Source of the DNA: a virus
Lineage: Duplodnaviria > Caudoviricetes
Direction: 5' to 3' (one strand)
DNA: 64,000 nt
IMG/VR virus record: IMGVR_UViG_3300037608_000261
Coordinates: 1 to 64,000 of that record
Positions 28,001-37,086 of the stretch are shown here, piece by piece. Both the position numbers and the translations under genes were made by a program. Positions within the stretch are counted from its first letter, which is position 1. Each line of letters begins with the position of its first letter. The notes under the pieces were generated by a model, which had not been told where the DNA came from, searched no databases, and saw only the letters and a list, made by a program, of their open reading frames with translations.

Positions 28001-29382
28001 GTGTATCCTCCATCTTTTGTCATGTAGCCGGTTGCTGCAACTCCGCCCATGTTCTCGACGAATCTTGCCAGGAACGCACGGTTTGATGTAGCCGTTATAT
28101 CTCCGTCTTCAGAAGGTTGAAAAAGGGCAAGGTCTTTGTCGGTAAGTTTTGCTGCATCCGCCCTGGCAAGTTCAGAAGGCGCCATTTGGGCAATCTCGTC
28201 TTCGTTGGCCTTTCTTGTAAACTCTGCCCGGTCTATTTCAGTAATGCGGATTCTTACCAGCACGGGTTTATCCATACCTTCGATAATCTTTCCGGAAATA
28301 CCAAAATTACCTGAATTATCAATTATCCACTGCTTGTATTCCTGCCCTTTTGTACCTGAATTATATGCTTTGCGTATTGCTATAGTCCTGCCGTTGCCAG
28401 ACTCAACAGTGAGGTCCTGGCCGATAACAGGAGCTCCCGTTGAAACGCTTGTAGATTCTCCAAGACGTTCCGGATTTAACTTTCCAGCCATTTGCTCAAC
28501 CTGTAATTTCATACCTTCCCTGGTACGGTCCCTGGGCTGAAGGTCCTGTGAAAAACCCTCATTGAGAGACATATCATCATCATGGGAAGTAATCAGGCGG
28601 TCGATCTCTACCACGGCATATTGAAGATCAATAGGGGTATTGTCATTAAGGTAGGAGGTTGCCTTTTCGCCTTTGGTGATGCCTGTTTCATTTTCGTCGT
28701 CAAGCTCTGCGGATTTCTCACGCATACTCTTGATCTTACTTTCAAGCTCTGAAATCTCTCTGGAAATGAATTTCTTTACTACAATGGGCCCGAACATTGC
28801 CGCAAATACGTTCTCTATGTCGTCGAAAGAATGAGCGGCTTTAACTGCTTGATTATAGTCGGTGACTGGCTGGACACGCTCGAAAATGGGCTTGATAGAA
28901 TTGGAAAGCGGGTCTATACTCTCTTTGTAGAGAGCGTCATGCTCTCTGTCAAAAGGCTCCAAACCCCGGGCTTCTAACCTGGGTAAAATTGGGGCCTTTC
29001 TTTTTTCCATAAGTACATCCGGATCAGAAAACAGGTCTACATATCCTTCAGGCGGGATAAATCCTAATACCTCAAAATCACGGATGCTGTTTTGTTTTCC
29101 GTCTTCAAGATAAATCTTGCTAAGGGTAAGAACATGGTATATGTCTTCAGGAAAGGTTTGATCGCTTTCTTCCAGATCGAATTTATAGCCTCTCATTCCG
29201 AATCCGAATTCACGAAAATACTCTTTTAAAACTTTCTCCGGCATTTTAAGGCCATAATTATTGATCTGAAATTTTGCCGGGCAGTCAAACTCTGTCGGTT
29301 CTATTCTAAGCCCTATTTCTCCTGCAAGGGTCATAATGTTAAAAGTATAAGGAGTTACCGGATATTGAATGTTTTCAATCAT
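25054..29382 (-). CDS. ddrB: DdrB-like polyvalent protein (DdrB-ParB, LPD3-like, PPase-like, second ParB-like domain)
   Basis: LQPRDRT and ESGNGRT; GLAIAIENPKGSERSG...HYGYVK...DGD; PILIGPDGDIIDGRNR. Confidence 0.7.
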   Translation of the reverse strand: MIENIQYPVTPYTFNIMTLAGEIGLRIEPTEFDCPAKFQINNYGLKMPEKVLKEYFREFGFGMRGYKFDLEESDQTFPEDIYHVLTLSKIYLEDGKQNSIRDFEVLGFIPPEGYVDLFSDPDVLMEKRKAPILPRLEARGLEPFDREHDALYKESIDPLSNSIKPIFERVQPVTDYNQAVKAAHSFDDIENVFAAMFGPIVVKKFISREISELESKIKSMREKSAELDDENETGITKGEKATSYLNDNTPIDLQYAVVEIDRLITSHDDDMSLNEGFSQDLQPRDRTREGMKLQVEQMAGKLNPERLGESTSVSTGAPVIGQDLTVESGNGRTIAIRKAYNSGTKGQEYKQWIIDNSGNFGISGKIIEGMDKPVLVRIRITEIDRAEFTRKANEDEIAQMAPSELARADAAKLTDKDLALFQPSEDGDITATSNRAFLARFVENMGGVAATGYMTKDGGYTKQLIDRVQAAIFQKAYQDDNLLALMAEEMDPKIKNILSAMTVAAGEFSQAKALSSDLMGINIPGCIIEAAKLVKRSKGDGESLEMVLNQGGFFDNVSEDTKHIARFINDSIRSAKRMGAVFKEAGRLLKTRLEYEKAPKLIDAGEPLPTPTQIVTLAIEKEKTAREGTRLFESAGGVLMTLTGKELGDDIDSENSVKTARAYYRAKLQGKTVTREGVGEIRFSGKGWEKFRRGIKTDIKKAKLLPVAPVIIQYGKHCVSDPFKTRHDNIKRFHFFDGKVEMENEIILVGVTVGEDDRGHLFYNLNHDPDVLYEKRKAPSLSGVEARRSGPLESSVPENLAPASEPSYREHYTHYKESIGADMNAVKEILESSAIDKEAHKAASSPKNNLSEPTEAQKEAGNYRKGHVTISGLAIAIENPKGSERSGIDPNGKKWSVTMPAHYGYVKKTKAPDGDNFDVYIGENTDSERVFIVDQLDVDTGKFDECKGIIGCNDSEDAREVYCKGFSDGKGVYRIGAITELSMEAFKKWLREGDIMKSASNTILESAQNEDIDAATEVAKGILESANTFAWQDFYKNVLKINKYRDTFGKVSDAEKKHWSAAGDYWQLEIIDPKTLNPVNDPDADHSKPILIGPDGDIIDGRNRRATAIENKDKSIVAWRAYLGKMTEGLKPRDHVQDGGKNLFEDTGEFDWRRAVSVSVSFDEIFSVFEKIFPMVINNSKKSWEMTIAEFWKRNPEIVSEAQAYAVHFTDIQDAIKAGKDIPAEVINEYQDILSDKKRNDKDIPSLINVLVAEERAQGQAYPRAEAYRNYLKALNEASTRKQIMEITSEADSYLTQGDRYLREENPTADKIRSFLNNLIIEKRRSVTPSYDTARLDAFIDDYHQKYKSILAMEESKGKTYGKNIKKILGYLQEISGIMKDSAHIGLYEQSDFSTLREEINRSIIPNIRRTLKQDPLNMLSDQRNMDKLLKLIKTSLQEGRA

Positions 29383-31505
29383 TTCAAGTCCTCAATAAAT
29401 GTTGGGAGTTCTTCAATGTCTTGTAATTCAGGAGGCACTAACTTCTGTTTTACGCTGAGCTCCAGCTTGTAACCAATTGTTGATGCTGTTTTCGGATCAA
29501 CAATGATTCCTTTTTGAACGTAAAGGAGATAAAGGAATACAAAATTTCTTGCGTCCTGCCTGTTGCTAAAATACATACCGTGGGTTGCCATACCAGGTCC
29601 TTTAGGATCACCGGGGTAATAATAATAAATTACTGTTGTTCCTTTGCTTTTGCCTCTGGACGCACCATAACCGTCTATGCTGACAATCAGCCCGTCGCCT
29701 TTACCTTTCCAGAATTCATCATCTTTGGCTTTTTTTGCTAAGGACGCATAGAATTTATCAATAATTTCCTGCCTGCTTGTCTCGTTTAATGCAGCTTGCT
29801 GCACGATTCCCTTTTTGGCAATTTCTCTGGCTGTCGGCTTTGATCTCATGAAGCCAACCATCAGACTGAACATCTGCGGATCGCGCTTTGCAAGAAAGAT
29901 TGTGTCTTCCGGAGAGGAAAACATCTGTAACCCCATGGAAAGCACTTCGGTAGAGGCTTGGCGATAAACTTTACCAACATAAGGATCAAAGAAATCATCT
30001 GTATAGGCAACTTCATCTGATCTAAAACCAGGGTTCCCGGTAATGCTCTTCAAGCTCTTGAGCCCTTTCTCCTTTTTTGCTCTTGTATCCCGAAACGTTT
30101 CGCCCATGACTTCCAGTTTCATCTCTGCTTCCAGCAAGTGCGCCATTTCATGAAACAAAATCTTTTTTGTAAAGCGGCTGTCAACGTAGATTAACCCGCG
30201 AGAATGAATGGCATTTGCCCTTTTGTCTCCCTTTGAATCAAAAAACGCCTTGCCGATCCTGCCGCCTGTTAACCGGTAAAATTCTGCCATGTCCTTTCTG
30301 ATTGCGTTTTCATCATATCCTTGCTTTTTTAGACGGGCTTTCGCTGTTTTACTTATCGCCTGGCTTTTTACCCACTGATCGGCTTCTTCTTCTGTCACGG
30401 GGGATACTTCAAGGATTTTAGCGACAACGACTTTCCCTGCCTGATCGGTAATCTCTTTTTTTCTGGCTTCCAGGCCCTTGATCTCTCCTTCCATATACTT
30501 GGTTTCAAGATCGGCCATTTTCTCACGGTATTTCTGTCCTATAGGCTCTATGAATGCATTCTGGAGGTCGCTTACTTTAGAAGAAATTTTGTCATATTCC
30601 TCGGCGTATCGTTTCAAATACTCATTTTGTTCTGTTGACCATTTGGGCCATCCTCCAGCACCGCTATCGCGTTGAGCTTTTTGATTGTTGTACACCCAGT
30701 CGTTGCGTTCTTTGTTCATGTCATATAATTTCTTTGTCAGGACGTCCAGCCCACACGCTTTTCTTGCCGCTTCCTTATCCACTGCTAACTGATTAATCGT
30801 CTCCTCTAATTCCTCATTATATTGCTGATGCAGGACATCTATTTTCTTTTGAAGTTCATCAATCTGATTCACATTTTCGTAAAAACTTGGCATAGCCTCA
30901 TTGAGCAGTTTTTCTCCGTCTTTGCAATTCCTGTCAAAAAGATATTTGCCAACTAATGCAGGGGATTGAAGTTCTATTATGGCAGCATCTTTCATTGCTT
31001 TCCCTGCCATGTTCTTGAAGCCAGGGTTGTAACGGCATTCTCTGGCTATGCCTTCAATCTCACGGGCAATTTCGTATTTTATTTCAATGTCCGTTTCTGC
31101 CCGAAAGACATCATGAAGAGCCATAGCTTTCTTCGCAGCATCGTACTCTTTTTCCCATGAATCAGGATTAATACTGTAAGGAAAAAGACGAACGAATATG
31201 TTCAGAATGTCATCAAAGTTAAGAGCGTTTTGGACAAGACGAGGGTAATTGTCTTTTGCCGTAACAAAAACCACTTTAACTGGTGGGGTGTTGTCTGCAC
31301 CTTCAAGTACTTTATCCTCTTCTTTGACGCCCATGGACTTTTTGAAAACGCCTACTACGTATTTCCTATAGGCTTCTCCGTCATCTGCCTCAGAAATACC
31401 GGCCTGTTCCTCGGTAATCTTCTTGGCTTTCTCCCATCGGTTTTCAGCTTCAGAAATACTGATGTTCTTTTCTTCTGCAAGAGTTCTTACAAGCGCCGCA
31501 GGCAT
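29379..31505 (-). CDS. Polyvalent head-internal protein with a zincin-like peptidase domain
   Basis: Coiled coil then ILFHEMAHLLE and TEVLSMG motifs; inside the Dar operon. Confidence 0.6.
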   Translation of the reverse strand: MPAALVRTLAEEKNISISEAENRWEKAKKITEEQAGISEADDGEAYRKYVVGVFKKSMGVKEEDKVLEGADNTPPVKVVFVTAKDNYPRLVQNALNFDDILNIFVRLFPYSINPDSWEKEYDAAKKAMALHDVFRAETDIEIKYEIAREIEGIARECRYNPGFKNMAGKAMKDAAIIELQSPALVGKYLFDRNCKDGEKLLNEAMPSFYENVNQIDELQKKIDVLHQQYNEELEETINQLAVDKEAARKACGLDVLTKKLYDMNKERNDWVYNNQKAQRDSGAGGWPKWSTEQNEYLKRYAEEYDKISSKVSDLQNAFIEPIGQKYREKMADLETKYMEGEIKGLEARKKEITDQAGKVVVAKILEVSPVTEEEADQWVKSQAISKTAKARLKKQGYDENAIRKDMAEFYRLTGGRIGKAFFDSKGDKRANAIHSRGLIYVDSRFTKKILFHEMAHLLEAEMKLEVMGETFRDTRAKKEKGLKSLKSITGNPGFRSDEVAYTDDFFDPYVGKVYRQASTEVLSMGLQMFSSPEDTIFLAKRDPQMFSLMVGFMRSKPTAREIAKKGIVQQAALNETSRQEIIDKFYASLAKKAKDDEFWKGKGDGLIVSIDGYGASRGKSKGTTVIYYYYPGDPKGPGMATHGMYFSNRQDARNFVFLYLLYVQKGIIVDPKTASTIGYKLELSVKQKLVPPELQDIEELPTFIEDLK

Positions 31506-31518
31506 AACCCAGTTCCCC

Positions 31519-32616
31519 TTAATTCACGTAACTGTTTGTTCTGGTCCAGAGTTTCCCGAACACTTCGCTGAGCGCGCTTTCCATGATTGCTTCAATCTTG
31601 TCCTGGTTGGTTTCAATGTACGTGATTGTAGGTGGCTTTACGGGTTCGATATCGTTAATTTCCTCTACAATATCCTTCAGGACCTTCAAAAATACTTCGG
31701 GTGGTTCGTTGTTGTATTTGCCTGCAATAAGGTCGGTAAGTTTCTGATTCTGGTGTGGCCCTCCCTGACCATTTATGTAATTGGAATATGCTTTCACGGC
31801 ATCGTAGGGTTCCGGAAAGTATTCAGTAACCCCTGCGCCTTTCTGATACATTACCCGGTAACCTTCACCTTGGCTGTATGATAGGAGAGCATCTCCACCG
31901 ATACCGCCATGAAGAGTAAAGGCAATGCTGTCGCTTCGATCCTCAAGGACTTCTCCGCCGTGATCGATTACGGCGTTTTTCATCTTACGGATATCAGGAT
32001 CGCCTTTTGGGTATTCGTCCTCTGTACCTGTCTTTTCGCCCACGCCTTTAACCTGTCCAAGTGTCTTGGTTCTCCAATATAAGTCAAGTTCAACATTAAG
32101 CCGTATCAGTTCTTCGATATTGATATACCCCAGTTCTGCATTCTGTTTGTCATTGTTCAGGATCGCGTAACCAAATGCCTGAAGCTGCTCTTCTTCCGAA
32201 TCCTTTTCTGTAATGTACCAGTCTGACCCGCCTTTGAAATAATGAAGATATACAACCGCGTCGTCGCCTTTGCCATCCTGCCCGTAAACCTTCGGCATGT
32301 CGTTAATAGCCTTGGCAATTTCCACAAATTTGTCTTTAAAGGATTGACCTTCTTCACCCCTGGTCCCATTACCCATTGCGGATAATTGAGACGGTCCTAT
32401 AAAATGCTTTACCAGAGGCATGACATTATTAACGTCAGCTATCGTTGCAGGCTGCGGTTCAACTATGTCCAGCTTTTCCTTCAACTTTGCGAAAGCGTCC
32501 TGTATTTCCTTCTGAAGCGTTCTCTTCTCAGCAAAGGGGAGAGTACCAGCCTGAAGGTTAGCCAGATTCATTGTAATTACTTTTTGTAGACCTCGTTTTT
32601 CAGAGAATGAAAGCAT
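31519..32616 (-). CDS. Dar-operon protein with a DUF2958-like domain
   Basis: LHYFKGGSDWYITEKD...FGY...ELGYINIEEL...ELDLYW; duplicated N-terminal L.F.EKR.LQK helix. Confidence 0.55.
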   Translation of the reverse strand: MLSFSEKRGLQKVITMNLANLQAGTLPFAEKRTLQKEIQDAFAKLKEKLDIVEPQPATIADVNNVMPLVKHFIGPSQLSAMGNGTRGEEGQSFKDKFVEIAKAINDMPKVYGQDGKGDDAVVYLHYFKGGSDWYITEKDSEEEQLQAFGYAILNNDKQNAELGYINIEELIRLNVELDLYWRTKTLGQVKGVGEKTGTEDEYPKGDPDIRKMKNAVIDHGGEVLEDRSDSIAFTLHGGIGGDALLSYSQGEGYRVMYQKGAGVTEYFPEPYDAVKAYSNYINGQGGPHQNQKLTDLIAGKYNNEPPEVFLKVLKDIVEEINDIEPVKPPTITYIETNQDKIEAIMESALSEVFGKLWTRTNSYVN

Positions 32617-32617
32617 G

Positions 32618-34327
32618 TTATGCAGCCTCCTTTTTCAAGAGTTCTGTTAAGTGATCCGCTGCGCTATTTAATAGAGAGTCGAATTCCTGAGCTTTCCCTT
32701 CTGCTTCCAGATCGGCAGCAGCCTTATCAAGGGCATCTCCCAACTTACCGGAATCTCCATCATATTTACCGGCAAGAATGTCGTTAAGGACGCTAACGGC
32801 TGGGGATTCGGTTGTATCGGTAGGTCCCTTAGTTGTATCCTGAGCGCCGCCTGCCAGTTTCAGCGACCCGTCAGCAAGGTATCCCTGAAGTTTGTCGTAG
32901 CTGATGCTGATACTGCTGTTATCGCTCTCAAATGTGATTGCGGGGAGATTTGAACCGCCAGCCTCCGCGCCGTCAAGCCTACGAACGGAAAACCCACTCA
33001 TGTAATCATCCGCCTCAAACGCTGGCGACACAAAGGTTTTACGGCTGAGCATATACTGGTCACCAACCTTAAACTGGCTTACAACGGATTGATATTTCGC
33101 CGCCCACCCTGCCACGGTTTCCCTGTCCTTGATTGCAGCATCGAATGCCTTGATAGCTTTATCAAAGGCATTGTTGGCTGTGACAATTCCCTTTGCCTCA
33201 AATTTTTTATCGGCTGCATAAACAACGACCTTGCCTGCTGGCGCTTCGTCAACCATTTCAACGTAATAGGTGACCGATATGGTTTCGACCGCAAGCTTCC
33301 CTTTATAAGTTCCAACCATGTCGATCCTGAATTCGTTGTCGTTTGTTCCACTTCTTTCTGCGCCCCGCCCCACCAATTCTTGCTCAAACTCTGCCTTCTT
33401 TGCCTTAAATTCCGTCCTTTCCTGCTCTGCTTTCATCTCTGCCTCGGTCTTCGGAGTGTCCCCGCCTGTTGCTTTTCCGTCATTACCTGCCTGCTTTCCT
33501 TTCAGTGCATCTATTTTATTCTGTAAATCATCATTAAAGGCTTTCTGTTTCTCTATCCGTTCCTTCAGGTTGATAACTTTAGCATCTGCGGCTTCGACGG
33601 AATCCTGCTTTTCCTTCAGTGCAGCAACAAGCTCATCATGCTGTTTTACTACCGTATCAGCTTGTGCCTTCAGGTCCCCAAGTTGCTTTTTCTGTTCAAG
33701 AAGTTCTTTCTGCATAACCTGAAAGCGAACACTGTTTTTTTCCACCAGTTGTGCCGTTCTCTTGCCAATTTCCTGGAGGCTTATCTCAGCGTCATTTTCA
33801 GGAGACACGACATGGGTTATATCTCTCTTATTCAAGAGCCAACGGAAAGCAATAATTTCATCATCTGCCGTGATCTTCATTTTGTTGTTATCCGGACTAT
33901 GGAAAATTACGCTCACCACCTGACCATCGCTAAATGGAATCTGGACAGTGACGGAAGCAAATAGACCTGTTTTCTTTGGTGTTCCGATTACCGGACTCAT
34001 GGCTTCGATGTTCTTGTCTTTCAAATAACCGTTGAACACGCGCACAAGGGCGGCCATTTTAGTATCCGTCCGTGCAAACTTCTGAATCGTAATGGCTTCA
34101 AGAATCAGGAGCTCTTCGGTCTTCAGCCTGTCGTTTTCGTCATAAAAGTCCCCAGGGTTATAGACATCATTCACTTCATCCATGGTGGCAGTTTCGAATA
34201 GAAAACGTTCCTGCCTTTTATCGGCAGTCAGCTTGTAATATGCTTCAGATAACTGAATGCCGGTAAAGCCTGTAGCAAAATAGTCATATCCTGTTTTAAT
34301 CCTCTTACCTTCTGTCAGTGGATTCAT
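32618..34327 (-). CDS. darA: DarA-like anti-restriction/head morphogenesis protein
   Basis: VTVQIPFSDGQVVSVIFHSPD...FRWLLNKRDITHVVSPE domain; follows hdf. Confidence 0.85.
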   Translation of the reverse strand: MNPLTEGKRIKTGYDYFATGFTGIQLSEAYYKLTADKRQERFLFETATMDEVNDVYNPGDFYDENDRLKTEELLILEAITIQKFARTDTKMAALVRVFNGYLKDKNIEAMSPVIGTPKKTGLFASVTVQIPFSDGQVVSVIFHSPDNNKMKITADDEIIAFRWLLNKRDITHVVSPENDAEISLQEIGKRTAQLVEKNSVRFQVMQKELLEQKKQLGDLKAQADTVVKQHDELVAALKEKQDSVEAADAKVINLKERIEKQKAFNDDLQNKIDALKGKQAGNDGKATGGDTPKTEAEMKAEQERTEFKAKKAEFEQELVGRGAERSGTNDNEFRIDMVGTYKGKLAVETISVTYYVEMVDEAPAGKVVVYAADKKFEAKGIVTANNAFDKAIKAFDAAIKDRETVAGWAAKYQSVVSQFKVGDQYMLSRKTFVSPAFEADDYMSGFSVRRLDGAEAGGSNLPAITFESDNSSISISYDKLQGYLADGSLKLAGGAQDTTKGPTDTTESPAVSVLNDILAGKYDGDSGKLGDALDKAAADLEAEGKAQEFDSLLNSAADHLTELLKKEAA

Positions 34328-34917
34328 GCCGCCACCTCCTTTAACTGGTCGTATTCTGTCTGTAGAGATTCTCCCACGGCAACCAGATTGCTTAATTCGG
34401 TTTCAAGAGCAGCTACAGTATTGCTTTTCTCTGTACCGGCGGTTTCAATCTCTGTTATCTGTGCGGTGATCTCTGCGTTGGCTGTATTTGTGTCATCAAC
34501 GGTAGTCTGCATCTGTGAAATATGCTCAGCCACCGTTGTGTTGACAGCTTTTATCTTAGGTATAACGACCTTTTGGCGCGCAAGAGCCTTCTCCTTCATT
34601 TTCTGATAATGAGGTTCGTTCGCCTTAACATAATCAACAACTTCCTGAATCGCCTTGTCGAGGTCGTCAACGTTCTTGATGGCCAAGACTTTGTTGTTCA
34701 GCTTGACCTGGAAAATTGAGCCACCCGCTTTTGCTTTCACGAGAAGTTTCTGTCCGCTCTCGAAGTTAATGATTGCGGATTTTACCTGGAATCCAGATTC
34801 ACGCTTTGCCTTATTATCGGCCTCCACGTCAGCAACCGGCAAACCCGTTTTCTCGAACTTTTCCAGAATAGGCTTTAGCCCCACCTTGTTGAATTTGTCA
34901 AAATCGATATGAATCAT
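34324..34917 (-). CDS. hdf: Hdf-like (DarA-related) protein
   Basis: KRESGFQVK...FESGQKL...GSIFQVKLN.KVLAIKN pattern with a coiled-coil tail; precedes darA. Confidence 0.8.
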   Translation of the reverse strand: MIHIDFDKFNKVGLKPILEKFEKTGLPVADVEADNKAKRESGFQVKSAIINFESGQKLLVKAKAGGSIFQVKLNNKVLAIKNVDDLDKAIQEVVDYVKANEPHYQKMKEKALARQKVVIPKIKAVNTTVAEHISQMQTTVDDTNTANAEITAQITEIETAGTEKSNTVAALETELSNLVAVGESLQTEYDQLKEVAA

Positions 34918-34944
34918 CCTTAGCCTCCCTTTCAATTAACTGTT

Positions 34945-35493
34945 TTAATCTATTGGCATCGTGGGCCACACCGGATTTTCATAATCTATTACCCCCGGTA
35001 AATCCCTTAACGCTTTTTTGTATGTCCGCCAAGCCGACTTTTGTTCTGCTAACATGACTTCCCAGCGATCTGCATTACAATGGACCGTGTCCGCTTCATT
35101 CAGTAGTTGATTTCGTTTTGGCCGGATATCCGTATCCAGCCATCTCTCGCGGTTTAATACCCATTTACCGTCATCAAAATCATGATACGCTGACGGCTGC
35201 GGATTATGATCAGCATCAGTTTCCTCAGGGAGAACATCCAACGCCTCGATCCGGAATTGTGTGCCATCGCGCTTCCACCACACCTCTCCACGGTAGTCAG
35301 CTACTATATGCCACGCTCCATCATGGAAAACAGGGGCTTCATGTTCACCTGCCTGCGGCGGAGCATCGATAGTTGAGTGTGCTGGCATCAGATACACCTC
35401 TTTGTCCTGCTTTTTTGTTTCGAGCGGGTCTATTCTGGCTTCAGATGCCCCCATATATATTCCGGTTAATAGATCATAATGATATATCTGCAC
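34945..35493 (-). CDS. Tail fibre assembly chaperone
   Basis: IYHYD..TG.Y.G...PAHST...PP...W....DYRG pattern; C-terminal WRTYKKALRDLP...WP. Confidence 0.8.
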   Translation of the reverse strand: MQIYHYDLLTGIYMGASEARIDPLETKKQDKEVYLMPAHSTIDAPPQAGEHEAPVFHDGAWHIVADYRGEVWWKRDGTQFRIEALDVLPEETDADHNPQPSAYHDFDDGKWVLNRERWLDTDIRPKRNQLLNEADTVHCNADRWEVMLAEQKSAWRTYKKALRDLPGVIDYENPVWPTMPID

Positions 35494-35505
35494 ACGTCCT
35501 CCTTA

Positions 35506-37071
35506 TTAGTATCTAATTGTCCACATAACGTTTATGTTGATGGGACGGGTTTCGGTGCCGCCAGTTGCCTGAGTTGATACATCGCTGCGGTTACCGGCAG
35601 CCCCGCTACCCTGCAAAGTAAACGTGCCGCCCGCACCATCAGGTGTATTCTGCACATGTGAATGGCTTTTGAAAGCATCGCCTTGATTTGTCCCTACGTA
35701 GTCGCCGGTAGTCCCGTCGCCTCTGTTTGTACGGGTTGCTCTATCCGGGTCAATAGTTTGTCCATGCGCCCAGGCACGAGCAAACTTACCAGGCGTATTA
35801 GGTAAATAAAAATGACTGCTATCGGCATACCCGTATATTGGCCCACCAAAATATGTATATAAGCGGGCATATGTTGTTCTGGACAGGGATACTCCATTAA
35901 TCTCCAACTCGCCCGCATCCAAATCTGCTATAAATTTTTGTTGTGTTTTGCCAACATCTTTAAGATAAGATGGCGCCTCGGTGCATATTACAAAACTATC
36001 TGACACCAACGTGTGATCTGGACTATCTCCCGTATCATACTCATATTCAAACACAGCAACCATCTGACAATAATGGGACGCACTGCGGGTATATGTACTG
36101 CCAGCCTCTAACAGCATGTGTGATAGGTCCGTTATTGTCGTTGTCGTAGTAACATTGCGGAGAGTATAGTCGCGGGATATCGCCCATATAATGCCGGTTC
36201 CGTCCCATATCGCATACAGGCAAGCCCAATATCGTGATCCATTTAACGATGTTCTACCCCAATAACCAGCAGTATCAGCCAGAATGAATTGAGATGTACC
36301 GGATAAATACGCTGCCGCCCTTGAACGGATCGTGTAGCCGTTACCATCAGGTACAGCTATGGATATAACGTTATTAGCATCCGGAACCGCTCCACCGCTT
36401 TTTGTGAAAATATCGAGCTTATTCACGGTGGAGTTCGCAACAATTTTTAAATTTCTTACAAACCCAGCGCTCGCATGAGCCGTTACGTCTGTATTATGGT
36501 TTCCTACGGCTGTGGCAATTTGGGTAGGGATGTTGTGTGCGGTTGTAGACTCATTGTGAGTATCTGCTCCTCCCCGGATATCCTCATGAGCTGTCTCCGA
36601 TGCGTTATGAGTCACAATGTCCGAGACCTTTGCTATGGTCACAGTCGGATCGACAACCAGTGTGATAGCGCTTGCGTTTGAAACCTCAAAAATTAATCTT
36701 ACGACAAGCTCTTTCCCGGCACCCTCAGAAAATAGAGGCTTATACGTTACGGGAAACTTTCCTACAGCGAAGAGATTCCCTGTGCCGCTTATGAGACCAG
36801 CTTCTCTTATGTACCACCCTCCTTCCGTAGAGGGGATTACCATCTCTGCTATCACCCATCCAGGGTTATCCGGGTCCGTGGTTACCGAGTTAAGCCCCGC
36901 CCTATAGACCTCATTCACAAGTGAAGTCTGCCCTTCAGATGGTTCATAATAGTTCCCGTTTCCGTCTCCCAGCACCATATGCGTCAATGCCACTGGGATT
37001 GAAAGCGAGATCGCAGAGGAATATTCTGCCTGTCCCAATGATGTCAGTATGTTATAAAATTGTTCCGACAT
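35506..37071 (-). CDS. Tail fibre protein
   Basis: N-terminal GDGNG..Y.P...EVYR...GGWYIREAGL baseplate-attachment domain; C-terminal tail-collar domain (GTETRPIN). Confidence 0.85.
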   Translation of the reverse strand: MSEQFYNILTSLGQAEYSSAISLSIPVALTHMVLGDGNGNYYEPSEGQTSLVNEVYRAGLNSVTTDPDNPGWVIAEMVIPSTEGGWYIREAGLISGTGNLFAVGKFPVTYKPLFSEGAGKELVVRLIFEVSNASAITLVVDPTVTIAKVSDIVTHNASETAHEDIRGGADTHNESTTAHNIPTQIATAVGNHNTDVTAHASAGFVRNLKIVANSTVNKLDIFTKSGGAVPDANNVISIAVPDGNGYTIRSRAAAYLSGTSQFILADTAGYWGRTSLNGSRYWACLYAIWDGTGIIWAISRDYTLRNVTTTTTITDLSHMLLEAGSTYTRSASHYCQMVAVFEYEYDTGDSPDHTLVSDSFVICTEAPSYLKDVGKTQQKFIADLDAGELEINGVSLSRTTYARLYTYFGGPIYGYADSSHFYLPNTPGKFARAWAHGQTIDPDRATRTNRGDGTTGDYVGTNQGDAFKSHSHVQNTPDGAGGTFTLQGSGAAGNRSDVSTQATGGTETRPININVMWTIRY

Positions 37072-37086
37072 AATTCTGGCTCCTTT

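Noticed and set aside
34945-37071. P1-type invertible tail-fibre segment (cin/cix)
   Set aside because: Only one fibre gene and one chaperone; no invertase or flanking inverted repeats seen.
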